Below the pieces are notes generated by a model. The model ran no database searches. It saw only the letters and a list, made by a program, of their open reading frames with translations, and was not told the origin of the DNA. The translations under genes were made by a program, and so were the position numbers. DNA of 45,239 nt from an uncultured Candidatus Saccharibacteria bacterium. GTDB lineage: Bacteria; Patescibacteriota; Dojkabacteria; SC72. Shown here piece after piece: positions 18,482 to 29,034 of this stretch; position 1 is the first letter of the stretch, and each line of letters opens with the position of its first letter. The stretch covers positions 5,028 to 50,266 of the forward strand of contig CAZSUV010000004.1 in assembly GCA_964610125.1 (NCBI GenBank), in the 5' to 3' direction.

Positions 18482-21400
18482 TGGCATTAGTAAATCTTAA
18501 CGAAAATCAACAAAAAGCTGTCCAATATACCAAAGGGGATCTCTTAATTATTGCTGGAGCTGGAACAGGCAAAACCGCAGTAATTACCCAAAGAATTTTG
18601 TATCTCATTAAAAAATGTAATGTAAAACCCTCTGAGATATTGGCATTAACATTCACTGAAAAGGCTGCTGCAGAAATGCAAGAGCGTATAGATAAGGAGA
18701 TGGAATATGGGTATGAAGAGCCATGGATATCTACATTCCACTCATTCTGTGATGGGATATTGAGAGAAGAAGGTTACAATATGGGGTTAGATGGAGGCTA
18801 CTCATTAATGACAACTGCTCAGTCATATATCTTTCTTCGAAAGTTCTACCATGATCTTCCATTGGATACTCTTAAGCCAAGAGGACAAGTTACTAAGACA
18901 TTGAATGATATTCTTAAACACTTCTCAAGGTTGCAAGATGAGGATGTCTCACCCGAAGACTATATTAAATTTGCGAAAACCTTACCTAAGAACACAGAAG
19001 AACAGAAAGCAGATTTCCAAAAGTACAAAGAGCTTTCTGAAACCTACAAAATGTATTCTGAACTTAAGATGCAAGAATCCAAAGTAGATTTTGGAGATTT
19101 AATAATTTTGACATTAAAACTGTTTAGAGAGAGACCAAATGTTTTAGAAAAATATCGTAAGAAGTTTAAATATATCCTTGTTGATGAATTTCAAGATACC
19201 AACTATACCCAAAATGTATTGGTAAATATCCTAACATTAGGATTAGATGAAAGTAAAAAGAAAGAAACAAGTGAAAAGAAAAAGGGGAGTAAGAATACTA
19301 GACCACTTCTTACAGTAGTAGGCGATGATGATCAAGCCATTTACAAATTTAGAGGTGCTGCAATTTCAAACATCCTCCAATTTAAAGAAACATATCCAGA
19401 AGCTATGGAGGTAGTATTAACAGAAAACTATCGATCAAGGCAAGAAATATTGGATGCTTCACATACTTTGATTAGTAAGAATAATCCGAATAGGTTGGAG
19501 GTAACAGAGAAGATAGACAAGAGGTTGATAGCGAAAGGAGTATTTGAAGATGATGAAAATATTGTAAACCTCATAGCTGCTGGAAATGAAAGTGGAGAAG
19601 CAGAACAGGTAGCAGATGAAATTGCAAAGCTTACCGGGTTTGGAGAATATGCAAAACCCGTTGAAGGGTCTGAGGTATTTGATGAAAAAGGACAATCGTC
19701 TTTTGTGAAAGGTGAGAGTGGAAAACAACCATTGAAATTTTCTGACATTGCCATATTGATTAGAGCAAATTCCCATGCAGAACCGTTTGTACAAGCATTA
19801 AGAGGAATGGGGATTCCTTACAAATTGGGAGGATCGAGAGGATTGTATTCAAGACCAGAAATCCAGAATCTCATAGCCTTCTTGAAGGTACTAGTAGACT
19901 ATTCAGATGAAATAGCTATGTACAAACTACTAGCTATGTCAGTATGGAAATTAACACCAAGGGAATATATGGATATTAACAGATTGGCTAGGGAGGAGAG
20001 GCTAACCTTGTTTGAAGAATTAGAAAAGCTTTGGAATATCAAATTGGGACAGGAAGAAAAGCTATCTATAGACGAAATTGCGGATATAGAGAATCCAATA
20101 ATTGAGAAGATATTTAATGCTGATTCTGTTGCAGGAGTTACAAACCTTTTGATGATTCTTCAAAACAGTATCCTAAAGGTGAAAGACAATCGCCCAATGA
20201 CGGAGATTTTGTATGAATTTGTTAAAACTAGCGGATATTTAGATTCATTTGTAAGTGAAGAGAGTGCAGATGGATTATTTGCGGTATCAAACATTCAAAA
20301 ATTCTTTGAATCAATTAAAAAATATGAAAAGGATAATCCTGATTCAAATATATATGAGTATGTTGATTTCATTGAATATTGTATGGAAGTAGGGGAATCC
20401 CCAGTTGTTGATCAATCAGAACTCGAAGATTTTAATGCTGTAAATATCCTAACAGTTCATGGATCCAAAGGGTTGGAATTTCCTGCAGTATTTTTAGTAA
20501 ATCTAGTAGCTCAAAGGTTTCCTTCTAGAAATATGAGTGATTCTATACCGATGCCAGAAGATTTGATTAAGGAAATGTTGGATAAGAAGATGAGCCAGGA
20601 AGAGGCACATATTCAAGAAGAACGAAGACTTTTCTATGTTGGCGCTACTCGTGCAAAGGAAAAACTGTATCTTTCTGCAGCCAGCTTCTATGGTGACGCT
20701 AAAACAAAGAAGAAACCGAGCGTATTTTTGTACGAGATATTGGATAGGGATGTAGCGGAGGAGTTCAATTTTGAAAAAGGAAAAGTGAGCATTGATGGCT
20801 ATGAAGAAAAAGAAAATACCTCGATTATTCCTAAAGAAGTAAAGATTGAATTAATGAAAAATTTTAGCTACTCACAATTGGATACATATGAACTATGTCC
20901 TAGGAAATATGAATATGCGTATGTATTAAGAGTGCCTCAGAAACCGAATGCATCGTTGTCTTTTGGAACGACAGTTCACAATACCTTAAAGGATTTCTAT
21001 ACATTACTCAAAACATCTAAAGAGGGGATTGAGGGTATTGTGGAAGAGCCAACCCTAGAAGATCTTTTGAATTCTTACAACAAGAATTGGGTGAGGGCAG
21101 GGTATGACAATACAAAGCATGAGAATATGAAGAAGGAACAGGGGGAGAAGATGCTGAAGAAATATTTTGAAAAGATATATTCAAATGAAGAAAAGCCTTT
21201 GAACTTAGAAGAATCATTTGTAATGCATCTGGGAGAGAGCACTTTTGCAGGGAAGATAGACAGAATAGACCTTGCTGAAGAAATAGATGGAATAAAGCAG
21301 GTATGCATTGTAGATTACAAAACCGGGAAGGTGAAAAAGGAAGAAGATATTAAAAAGGATTTGCAATTACCACTTTATGCAATATTCGTTGAGGAAAAAT

Positions 21401-21612
21401 TGGGCTACAAAGTAGTAGCCGCGCAGTATATTTTTTTAGAAGAGGGAGCGAAAATAGAGGCAGATATATCCTCTAAGCGAAGGGAAAAAGCCAAGGAGAG
21501 AATGGTAGAAATCATTGAAAATATCAAAGCCAGGGACTTTCATGCAGAGCCAGATATGTTTAAATGTAGTATGTGCGACTATCGTACAGTTTGTGAATTC
21601 GCCAAAACCTAA
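18481..21612 (+). CDS. UvrD/PcrA-family helicase fused to a C-terminal PD-(D/E)xK nuclease
   Basis: AGAGTGKT, VDEFQD, GDDDQAIY, ENYRS, KGLEF and EERRLFYVGATRA. The C-terminus has CPRK, GKIDRID, DYKTG, QLPLY and CSMCDYRTVC. Confidence 0.93.
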   Translation: MALVNLNENQQKAVQYTKGDLLIIAGAGTGKTAVITQRILYLIKKCNVKPSEILALTFTEKAAAEMQERIDKEMEYGYEEPWISTFHSFCDGILREEGYNMGLDGGYSLMTTAQSYIFLRKFYHDLPLDTLKPRGQVTKTLNDILKHFSRLQDEDVSPEDYIKFAKTLPKNTEEQKADFQKYKELSETYKMYSELKMQESKVDFGDLIILTLKLFRERPNVLEKYRKKFKYILVDEFQDTNYTQNVLVNILTLGLDESKKKETSEKKKGSKNTRPLLTVVGDDDQAIYKFRGAAISNILQFKETYPEAMEVVLTENYRSRQEILDASHTLISKNNPNRLEVTEKIDKRLIAKGVFEDDENIVNLIAAGNESGEAEQVADEIAKLTGFGEYAKPVEGSEVFDEKGQSSFVKGESGKQPLKFSDIAILIRANSHAEPFVQALRGMGIPYKLGGSRGLYSRPEIQNLIAFLKVLVDYSDEIAMYKLLAMSVWKLTPREYMDINRLAREERLTLFEELEKLWNIKLGQEEKLSIDEIADIENPIIEKIFNADSVAGVTNLLMILQNSILKVKDNRPMTEILYEFVKTSGYLDSFVSEESADGLFAVSNIQKFFESIKKYEKDNPDSNIYEYVDFIEYCMEVGESPVVDQSELEDFNAVNILTVHGSKGLEFPAVFLVNLVAQRFPSRNMSDSIPMPEDLIKEMLDKKMSQEEAHIQEERRLFYVGATRAKEKLYLSAASFYGDAKTKKKPSVFLYEILDRDVAEEFNFEKGKVSIDGYEEKENTSIIPKEVKIELMKNFSYSQLDTYELCPRKYEYAYVLRVPQKPNASLSFGTTVHNTLKDFYTLLKTSKEGIEGIVEEPTLEDLLNSYNKNWVRAGYDNTKHENMKKEQGEKMLKKYFEKIYSNEEKPLNLEESFVMHLGESTFAGKIDRIDLAEEIDGIKQVCIVDYKTGKVKKEEDIKKDLQLPLYAIFVEEKLGYKVVAAQYIFLEEGAKIEADISSKRREKAKERMVEIIENIKARDFHAEPDMFKCSMCDYRTVCEFAKT

Positions 21613-21635
21613 TGTGATATAGTATAATATCAGAT

Positions 21636-21980
21636 ATGAATATTGTAGAAACAATAAACAATCTAGTAGTTCACAAGGCATATGCGTCTTTAGGTTCTAC
21701 TTTGAACGAGGAATTAGCGAAAATACAAAAGGATGGAGCAACAGATCAAACTGTTGTTCAGATGATTATAAATATCGCAACACCAATTGCAGTAATCGCA
21801 GTTGTGCTTTTATTGGTTTATGGTGGATTTATGATGATGACGAGCAAAGGGGATCCGGACAAACTTCAGGAAGCAAAACAGATTATAACCAATGCAATCA
21901 TTGGTTTTGTTGTAATATTGCTCTGTGTAGCAATATTGTTATTAATTTCTAATACCTTAGGGTTAAACATATATGGATAG
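21636..21980 (+). CDS. VirB2/TrbC-like (T4SS) pilin 1
   Basis: Two TM joined by GFMMMTSKGDPDKLQEAK..ITNAIIG. Confidence 0.85.
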   Translation: MNIVETINNLVVHKAYASLGSTLNEELAKIQKDGATDQTVVQMIINIATPIAVIAVVLLLVYGGFMMMTSKGDPDKLQEAKQIITNAIIGFVVILLCVAILLLISNTLGLNIYG

Positions 21981-22284
21981 AATATTAGCAGCTGTTGATA
22001 TCTCAAAATTTACAACTTGGGTATCAAGCTCACAGTATAGTACTCCAGACACTTTAATATATGGGAAGATAACAACTGCAATCAATTTCTTTGTAGTGTT
22101 CTCAGCAGTAGTTGCAGTCATTATGCTTGTTGTTGCTGGATATATGTTTATAACTTCGGCTGGTGATGCAGATAAAGTAGAGAAGGCAACCCAGACGGTA
22201 AGCGCCGCGATCATTGGAATGATAATCGTATTTGTAGCTAAGATCCTTGTGCAATATGTACTCAGCGTGATAGCTGGTCAATAG
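21973..22284 (+). CDS. VirB2/TrbC-like pilin 2
   Basis: GYMFITSAGDADKVEKA..VSAAIIG. Confidence 0.85.
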   Translation: MDRILAAVDISKFTTWVSSSQYSTPDTLIYGKITTAINFFVVFSAVVAVIMLVVAGYMFITSAGDADKVEKATQTVSAAIIGMIIVFVAKILVQYVLSVIAGQ

Positions 22285-22346
22285 TATTGCAAGTTGGGTC
22301 TGCTTTTTATATAATTGGTACATAAATTAATATATTTTATTGTTCT

Positions 22347-22703
22347 ATGAAGACTTCAACAAAATTAGCAACCGCAGCTTCAGTGGTTTCAGGCTTGTTC
22401 TTAACTTCTTCTGCATATGCAGCTAATACCGCAAATGATTATCTTAATAAGATAACTGGTGGAACTGGACAATCAGATTTAATGACAATGATCTATGGAA
22501 TAATTAACTGGGCAATCGGTATTGCAGCATTAGTTTGTGTAGTTGTATTGATCGTAAGTGGTTACAAATATATAACTGCAGCAGGTGATGAAAACAAGGT
22601 TGAGAGTGCAACAAAGACTCTTACATTTGCAATAATTGGTTTAGTTGTCTGTTTCATTGCAGTCATCTTAGTCAAATTTGTAATTGGAGATATTATAAAG
22701 TAG
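22347..22703 (+). CDS. VirB2/TrbC-like pilin 3
   Basis: Signal peptide (AYA) and GYKYITAAGDENKVESA..LTFAIIG. Confidence 0.87.
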   Translation: MKTSTKLATAASVVSGLFLTSSAYAANTANDYLNKITGGTGQSDLMTMIYGIINWAIGIAALVCVVVLIVSGYKYITAAGDENKVESATKTLTFAIIGLVVCFIAVILVKFVIGDIIK

Positions 22704-22745
22704 TTTCTACTTTGTAATTAATCAACTAAATCTTCAAATAAAGAT

Positions 22746-23015
22746 ATGGTAGTCAATCTTGATTTTTTAAATGGTACAAGCTTTGAGAATTTACAGGATT
22801 TCTTGTATTTCGTAATTAATTACGCAATTACAATTTCTGCAATCGTTGCTGTGGCATCTTTGATATTGTCAGGATTTAGATACATGCTCTCATTTGGAGA
22901 TGAGAAGAAGATAAAGGCGGCAACAAGTTCTTTGATATATTCGATAATAGGGTTGGTACTTGTATTTATAGCTCCAACAGTTATAAGATTTGTTATTAAT
23001 ACAATAATAAAATAA
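22746..23015 (+). CDS. VirB2/TrbC-like pilin 4
   Basis: GFRYMLSFGDEKKIKAA..LIYSIIG. Confidence 0.85.
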   Translation: MVVNLDFLNGTSFENLQDFLYFVINYAITISAIVAVASLILSGFRYMLSFGDEKKIKAATSSLIYSIIGLVLVFIAPTVIRFVINTIIK

Positions 23016-23366
23016 ATGAAAATAATTAATAAAATACTTTTTGCATTAACATCTCTCTTTGTAGCTTCTCCAGTATTTGCAGGGGTAGATCCAATTGGTG
23101 GGGTCGATAGCGATCCTGTCAATCCTCCAACCTTTGGTGAAGGTATAGATACAATCTTGGATAATGTAATCAAATTAATATTTCCATTAGCAGGTTTGGT
23201 TTGTGTAGTATTCATAATCATAGGTGGATATACATGGATAGCTTCTGGTGGAGATCCTGCAAAGGTAAAACAAGCACAGGGAACATTAACTTGGGCTATA
23301 ATAGGTTTGATATTTGTTCTCGTAGCCGCATTAATCATCTCTACGTTAACAGATTTCTTAGTATAG
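23016..23366 (+). CDS. VirB2/TrbC-like pilin 5
   Basis: Signal peptide (VFA) and GYTWIASGGDPAKVKQA..LTWAIIG. Confidence 0.87.
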   Translation: MKIINKILFALTSLFVASPVFAGVDPIGGVDSDPVNPPTFGEGIDTILDNVIKLIFPLAGLVCVVFIIIGGYTWIASGGDPAKVKQAQGTLTWAIIGLIFVLVAALIISTLTDFLV

Positions 23367-23399
23367 AAATCTCATCTCGAAGATAGTGTATAATTAAGC

Positions 23400-25319
23400 A
23401 TGGTTAAAAAGCCCCGAATTTTGTTACAACTTCTTTTGGTTGTGGTATTAAGTACATATACCTTTTCTTTGTTTACTCATCCAATATATTCAGATGAAGC
23501 ATCAGATTTACAACAACAGATAGATCAGAAGAATGCAGAACTGGCTGCAAAACAATCTACGCTTTCTAGCATAGAGGCAAAGATAAAAGAGATTAGTGGA
23601 AGTAATAATTCTGTGAGTCAGAAGATTGCCTTGATTAATGCTGAAATTACCAAGTTGAATGACAGTATTGCACAGACGGATGGGGCATTGAATACAAAGA
23701 TTAAGGAGATTGAGGATAAACAAGCATTGTTGGAAGCAAAGAAGGTAGAGATGGATAAGCTTTCCACAGATCTATATATAAGATCGAGATATAGAATGGC
23801 AACATTCTTCTTGTCTGGAAATGATTGGGATACATTAGTAAAAGAATTTTTCTTAAAACAAAATAGTATCTCTACATTAAAAAATGAAGTAGAAGCTATA
23901 AATGGAGAATTTAGTAGTTTAGCTGAGAGTAGGGCAGAGTTAGAAACTCAAAAAGCTACGTTAGATGCTCAAAAGAAGGATATGGATGATTCATATGCGT
24001 TATTAGCGGCTGAGAAAGCGAAATTACAGGCGGAGTTAAATAGGCAAAATAGTACTAAGAATAATCTTAAAGCTCAGATTGGTGGTATTACGAAAGATAT
24101 CTCACAATTACAGCAAACATTGCTGTATATCCGAGGTGGAGGAAATATTGATAATGTAGATGCAGTTTCGAGTAATGCAACTCCCACAACGCAACTAAAG
24201 TACTTTGTTGATAATGCCCCTGCGGGGACTTTTGGAATCTTTAGCTATGGAACAAGTACTCATAGGAATGGAATAAGTCAATGGGGAGCTTGGGAAAGAG
24301 GACAGGAAGGACAGGTATATACTCAAATACTGAGCGCATATTATCCTGGCAGCGTAATAAGGCAAGGACTTGTGAAAACTTCTAGTTATGGGGAAGAGGC
24401 TATAGCTACAAATATTCCTGTTACGGGCTATGGCTCTATATCACTAGAAGATAACTATTTGCTGGGTATAAGGGAGGTAGATGATGGAAATATGAATACC
24501 CACAATGAAAACTACCTTAATTATTTAAGAGCACAGGTCATTGCAGCTAGAACATATGCTATAAATTACACTAGGAATGGAAGAAATTCTATTTGTACTA
24601 CAACTTCTTGTCAGGTTTATAGCACTGATCAGCTAGGAGGTCTTTGGGCTCAGGCTGTAAGGGAGACTCGTGGTATGACGCTGGCGAACTCGAGTAACTA
24701 TATATTTTCTTCTGAGTTTTCCGCTGTAACAGGTGGATGGATTAATTCTAATTCTGCACTCGGCAGCACTGGCTTTTATGATTTGAATACTGCAATCTCC
24801 GGTTCTTGGCAGACACAGGCCTGGGAAGCGCGATCAGGAGTTAATTGGTTCCATATGAACTGGTATCAGAGAAAGGTGGATAGAAAATGGGTTAGTTGCT
24901 CTACAAAATCTCAACCTTGGTTAACGGGAGAAGAGTTGGCAGACATTCTGAATGCATATAAATTTTGGATGACCTCAGGTTCGGGTTATGATGGGAGGCT
25001 TGTTCCTGTAGATACGAATACATGTTGGGGAGGGAGTGATAATCCTTACTCTGCAACAGAATTGAAGAATTTAGTTGCTGATCCAATAAAAAGAGTTATA
25101 ACTGCGCAGGCAATCGAAAGCAATGGATGGACAACGAGTTTGAATTTCAGTGTTGAACTGCAGTCTGGTGCTATAACAACATTTAATATCTCTGGGACTG
25201 GAAATACATTAGCTTTTCGTGAAGTATATAACATGAGGGCTCCAGGATATTTTAGTATCCCTCAGAAACAAAGCAATGGAGGATTTATCCATATTAATAT
25301 AGTAAGGGGTGTAAGATAA
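23400..25319 (+). CDS. Secreted coiled-coil protein with SpoIID/LytB-like peptidoglycan lytic domain
   Basis: Signal peptide, long coiled coil, HRNGISQWGA, ILSAYYPG, YLLGIRE, LRAQVIAARTYA and ICTTTSCQVY. Confidence 0.85.
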   Translation: MVKKPRILLQLLLVVVLSTYTFSLFTHPIYSDEASDLQQQIDQKNAELAAKQSTLSSIEAKIKEISGSNNSVSQKIALINAEITKLNDSIAQTDGALNTKIKEIEDKQALLEAKKVEMDKLSTDLYIRSRYRMATFFLSGNDWDTLVKEFFLKQNSISTLKNEVEAINGEFSSLAESRAELETQKATLDAQKKDMDDSYALLAAEKAKLQAELNRQNSTKNNLKAQIGGITKDISQLQQTLLYIRGGGNIDNVDAVSSNATPTTQLKYFVDNAPAGTFGIFSYGTSTHRNGISQWGAWERGQEGQVYTQILSAYYPGSVIRQGLVKTSSYGEEAIATNIPVTGYGSISLEDNYLLGIREVDDGNMNTHNENYLNYLRAQVIAARTYAINYTRNGRNSICTTTSCQVYSTDQLGGLWAQAVRETRGMTLANSSNYIFSSEFSAVTGGWINSNSALGSTGFYDLNTAISGSWQTQAWEARSGVNWFHMNWYQRKVDRKWVSCSTKSQPWLTGEELADILNAYKFWMTSGSGYDGRLVPVDTNTCWGGSDNPYSATELKNLVADPIKRVITAQAIESNGWTTSLNFSVELQSGAITTFNISGTGNTLAFREVYNMRAPGYFSIPQKQSNGGFIHINIVRGVR

Positions 25320-25366
25320 ACCTTGTTCTATCCCTCATTCTATGCTATCGTTATACCATCAAACAT

Positions 25367-25987
25367 ATGACTACTAAACAAGAATCAAACAAAATACCAA
25401 AGAAGTTCAGGAACCTAAAAAGGTCATTCATGGAGAATATTACTCTTAAAAATGACCATTCCTTTAAATCTTTTCCTAAGGGACTAAAGTTCCATGGACA
25501 AGAACAAGAAGAACAGGTTATTTTAATAATCCGATCTCATTGGATTGTATATGTCCCCCAAATACTCCTTGCAATCTTAGTCTTGGTTTTACCATGGGTA
25601 TTAGGAGCAATAGCACCAGCTATTTTCAAAAGCGTAGTTATATTCCTTTCACTCCTCATAACCTCATTACTAACAGGTGCAAGTATCTTGGTTTCAGCAA
25701 TAGTTAAGTGGTATTACAATGTAGATATGATTACAGACCAGAGAGTAGTAGATCTCGATTTCCCCAATATAATGGCCCATACAATGTCTGAAACACAGTT
25801 AGAACATATTGAAGATGTAACTCAGAAACAACTAGGACTGCTAGGAAGTATATTTGATGTAGGCACGGTATATGTACAGACCGCAGGTTCAAATCAAAAT
25901 ATTGAATTTACTAACATTCCAAGACCAAGGGATGTTCAGGAAATATTGTCAGACCTTTTAGAATCTAAAGAAAGCGGAGAAATATAA
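25367..25987 (+). CDS. Membrane protein with bacterial PH (bPH_2-like) domain
   Basis: IRSHW, 2 TM, ITDQRVVD, IEDVT and IFDVGTVYVQTAG. Confidence 0.8.
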   Translation: MTTKQESNKIPKKFRNLKRSFMENITLKNDHSFKSFPKGLKFHGQEQEEQVILIIRSHWIVYVPQILLAILVLVLPWVLGAIAPAIFKSVVIFLSLLITSLLTGASILVSAIVKWYYNVDMITDQRVVDLDFPNIMAHTMSETQLEHIEDVTQKQLGLLGSIFDVGTVYVQTAGSNQNIEFTNIPRPRDVQEILSDLLESKESGEI

Positions 25988-26259
25988 TGAATAACGATGT
26001 AAACAATATGTTAGACAATTTAGGAAAGAACCCATTAGGAGGACTCTCTGTTAATGTAGCAACCCTTTTGAAATTTCCATTAGTATTAATCCTTTTTGGA
26101 AATGTCCTTTTTGCTGCCTTACTATTCTTGAGATCTAGAATCTTAGCTGATACCTTTGAATCTTCAAGTATTAGTCTTGTTAAAGCCATAATCACCATAT
26201 ATCTCATCGCAACAATAATAGGTAGCATAATCGCTGTACTATTTCTTTTAGTTGGATAA
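25987..26259 (+). CDS. Small 2-TM membrane protein
   Basis: 90 aa, translationally coupled to its neighbours. Confidence 0.7.
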   Translation: MNNDVNNMLDNLGKNPLGGLSVNVATLLKFPLVLILFGNVLFAALLFLRSRILADTFESSSISLVKAIITIYLIATIIGSIIAVLFLLVG

Positions 26260-26261
26260 TT

Positions 26262-28571
26262 ATGAAAATTACTGCTCAACAGTTCATCTCGAACAATAGG
26301 GAGAAAGGTACTTTTGTTACCATCTTAAAACATTTTTCCGAAAACTCAACAAAGAAAACCGAGAAAGAAGGAGATATTTACTGTCTTCTTTCCATCTTTG
26401 GAAATACCTCACTACCCGCAGAGAGAGTAAGCAAGTTTGTATGGGACGGAATATTAGATGGATATATATATTCATCTACAAAAAGCACCAACGAATCTCT
26501 CAAAGATGGTATTACAGAGGGCGTAAGGAAATTACAAAATTTGATGAAGAACGACAAATCTCTTGAAGATCTAGGGGTTAATGTAAATTTTGTTTTAGTA
26601 GCACAGAAGAAAGAGGGCTTGTATATTGGGAATTTAGGTGAGAATGAGGTTTTTGTTTTCAAAGATGGGAAATTTGTAAATATTACGGAAATATTGGGAA
26701 AGAGCAAAGCAAGTACTGCCGGCGTAGCCCTTGAAGAAGGAGATATCCTCATTGTCTCAACCATGGGTGTAATCTCCAAAACTCTCGGAGAATTAGGGAA
26801 ATTAACATCTGCAGAACCAGTAATTGCAGAGCTCAAGGAGATGGGGAAGACGCTTTCAGGAACTCAAGGATTGGTATTTTTTGCGTACGAAGATGAAAGT
26901 CAAATTAGAACCAAACCACCTGTCTCTCAATTCCATATGCCTATACTCAAAAAAGAACCAGTCGTCGAACCAAAACAAGAAGAAATCTCTGTACATGAGG
27001 AACCCAAAGCAATTTCAGATGTAAAAAAGATGCCATTTAAAAAGTTGGATATTCAACTTCCAATGATTAGGGGAAGTTTGAAAGGAGTGGAAAAATATTG
27101 GGAGAAGGTTAAGCCTGTGTTGGTAAAAATATGGAATGGTATAGGACATGTGATAAATGCAATAGCTAAGAAAATAGAAACATTATCTAAGCGAATATCT
27201 TCAAAATTAACCGAGCTATACGGTAACAAAAAATGGTTTAAAAAAGCTGCAGCACAACTTTCTACGGTAAAGATTAACAGACCAAATTTCAACGGAAAGG
27301 GAATGCGAATTGATGGTTACAGAACTAGAGATACTAGGGTTAAAAGAATTAGATTAGTACTTTTAGTCATTGGTGGAGTAGTTTTGTTAGCGTTGGGTAT
27401 CAATTTTACAATTAAGACCCGTCAGGCAAGTATAGTGCATAACCAAGCGACTCAGATTTTTACCAGTACTGAAATCTTAGTAAAGAAGGCTGAAAATATG
27501 TCTACATCAGACAAAAATACTGCAGAAGTAGCAATATACCAAGCAAAAAATGCATTAAAAGAAGTACCTGAAAATATCTCTGAAAAAGATATGGGTATTA
27601 AGAATGGATTAGAATCTAGAATATTAGTTGTTGAAGATTCATTGTACAAACGAGTAGGGGTGAGTGATACCAATGGAAAGGTAACGACCTTTGTTGATTC
27701 AAGATTATCATTTGGAGACAACTCAAATCCTACAGATATTGAGGTGTATTCTGATGATTCAGGAAACGAATATCTCTTGGTTACAGACAAAGGATTAAAT
27801 GCTGTTTTCAGAGTGTCACTGTATGACAAAACCTCACAAAGATTAGTCGATACTTCTGGATTACTCAAAGATCCGGAGTATGTATCAATGGGGAATGGTG
27901 GGGTATTTGTGTTTGATAACAAAACAGGTGTAGTAAAGGCGCCATTTGATTCTGAAAAATGGTTTGGAACATTTGTCGCTCTTTCTGGATTAGCTAGGGA
28001 GAATATTAAGGCAAAAAATATTAGCGAATTTATTATCCTTACAGAATCAGATAACGTATATCTTGTTGATCAGGATGATAACGCAGTTCTGAAGTCAGTA
28101 TTCTCATATGAGAATAGGTATGGCTTGTACTACAAATATATTCCCGACGATAGATTGGCGAATGCAACAGATATTCTTGCAGATTTAAGTGTATACGTTT
28201 TGACAAAGGATGCACCACAATTAGTAAGGTATAGCTATGACTATGTTGAGCAAAAACAGACCGAAAATCCATTAACAATAACCGGCGTAAATGGAGACTT
28301 GGGGACATTAACAAAAGGTTTTACTAGAAGTAGTTTAGACGATGGGCTGTTTGTATTTGATCAAACCAATAAGCGATTCATCAATTTTGAAAAACCTCAA
28401 GAGGGTGGTGGAAATGTATTACACCCCAATGAAGCGGTATTAAAGAAACAGTACGTATACAGGGGGACTAAGAATGATACGTGGAGTAATGTAAAAGACT
28501 TTGTAGTAGATTCTGCTAACTCATCAATGTATATCCTCGATGGGTCAGTTATCTGGAAGGTCGTGTTATAA
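26262..28571 (+). CDS. Large bitopic protein: PP2C-like N-terminus, TM, extracellular beta-propeller-like domain
   Basis: LYIGNLGE and LEEGDILIVST resemble the PP2C fold. One TM near residue 370. Repeated beta-rich YLLVTD/VFVFD/VYLVD/MYILDG blades follow. Confidence 0.65.
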   Translation: MKITAQQFISNNREKGTFVTILKHFSENSTKKTEKEGDIYCLLSIFGNTSLPAERVSKFVWDGILDGYIYSSTKSTNESLKDGITEGVRKLQNLMKNDKSLEDLGVNVNFVLVAQKKEGLYIGNLGENEVFVFKDGKFVNITEILGKSKASTAGVALEEGDILIVSTMGVISKTLGELGKLTSAEPVIAELKEMGKTLSGTQGLVFFAYEDESQIRTKPPVSQFHMPILKKEPVVEPKQEEISVHEEPKAISDVKKMPFKKLDIQLPMIRGSLKGVEKYWEKVKPVLVKIWNGIGHVINAIAKKIETLSKRISSKLTELYGNKKWFKKAAAQLSTVKINRPNFNGKGMRIDGYRTRDTRVKRIRLVLLVIGGVVLLALGINFTIKTRQASIVHNQATQIFTSTEILVKKAENMSTSDKNTAEVAIYQAKNALKEVPENISEKDMGIKNGLESRILVVEDSLYKRVGVSDTNGKVTTFVDSRLSFGDNSNPTDIEVYSDDSGNEYLLVTDKGLNAVFRVSLYDKTSQRLVDTSGLLKDPEYVSMGNGGVFVFDNKTGVVKAPFDSEKWFGTFVALSGLARENIKAKNISEFIILTESDNVYLVDQDDNAVLKSVFSYENRYGLYYKYIPDDRLANATDILADLSVYVLTKDAPQLVRYSYDYVEQKQTENPLTITGVNGDLGTLTKGFTRSSLDDGLFVFDQTNKRFINFEKPQEGGGNVLHPNEAVLKKQYVYRGTKNDTWSNVKDFVVDSANSSMYILDGSVIWKVVL

Positions 28572-28578
28572 TATCCGT

Positions 28579-29022
28579 ATGAAAATTGTTAATAAAAAAG
28601 CATCTTTTAACTATGAAATATTAGAATCTCTGGAAGCAGGGGTTATATTAACTGGTGCGGAAGTAAAATCTATAAAATCAGGAAGAGCCAATATTGGTGA
28701 TGCTTATGTTAAGGTCATAAATAATGAATTGTGGCTTGTCAATGCGGATATCCCTAAATATCAATTTGCGTCAGACAAGAACTATGACTCTGCTAGATCT
28801 AAGAAGTTGTTAATAAATAGGGATCAGTTAAATAAGCTAGAGAGTAAGATTAAACAAGGGAACTTAACTTTAATACCTGTTAGCTTGTATACTGTTAGAG
28901 GAATGATAAAGGTGGAAGTAGGATTGGCTAAGGGTAGGAAATATCATGAAAAACGTGATAGAGACAAGGAAAGAGATCTTGATAGAGAGTTACATATTGA
29001 AAATAGGCGCTATGTGGTGTAA
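28579..29022 (+). CDS. smpB: SsrA-binding protein SmpB
   Basis: NKKASFNY, EAGVILTGAEVKS, KKLL and GRKYHEKR; ATG 28579. Confidence 0.96.
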   Translation: MKIVNKKASFNYEILESLEAGVILTGAEVKSIKSGRANIGDAYVKVINNELWLVNADIPKYQFASDKNYDSARSKKLLINRDQLNKLESKIKQGNLTLIPVSLYTVRGMIKVEVGLAKGRKYHEKRDRDKERDLDRELHIENRRYVV

Positions 29023-29034
29023 TATTATAGGACT

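Noticed and set aside
20860-21612. Stand-alone Cas4 / CRISPR adaptation gene
   Set aside because: It is the fused nuclease domain of the UvrD-like helicase; no cas1, cas2 or array is present.
22820-23338. 172-aa minus-strand ORF (and similar shadow ORFs inside dnaA, dnaN, ABC genes, ftsH and ligase)
   Set aside because: These are antisense shadows of well-supported genes.
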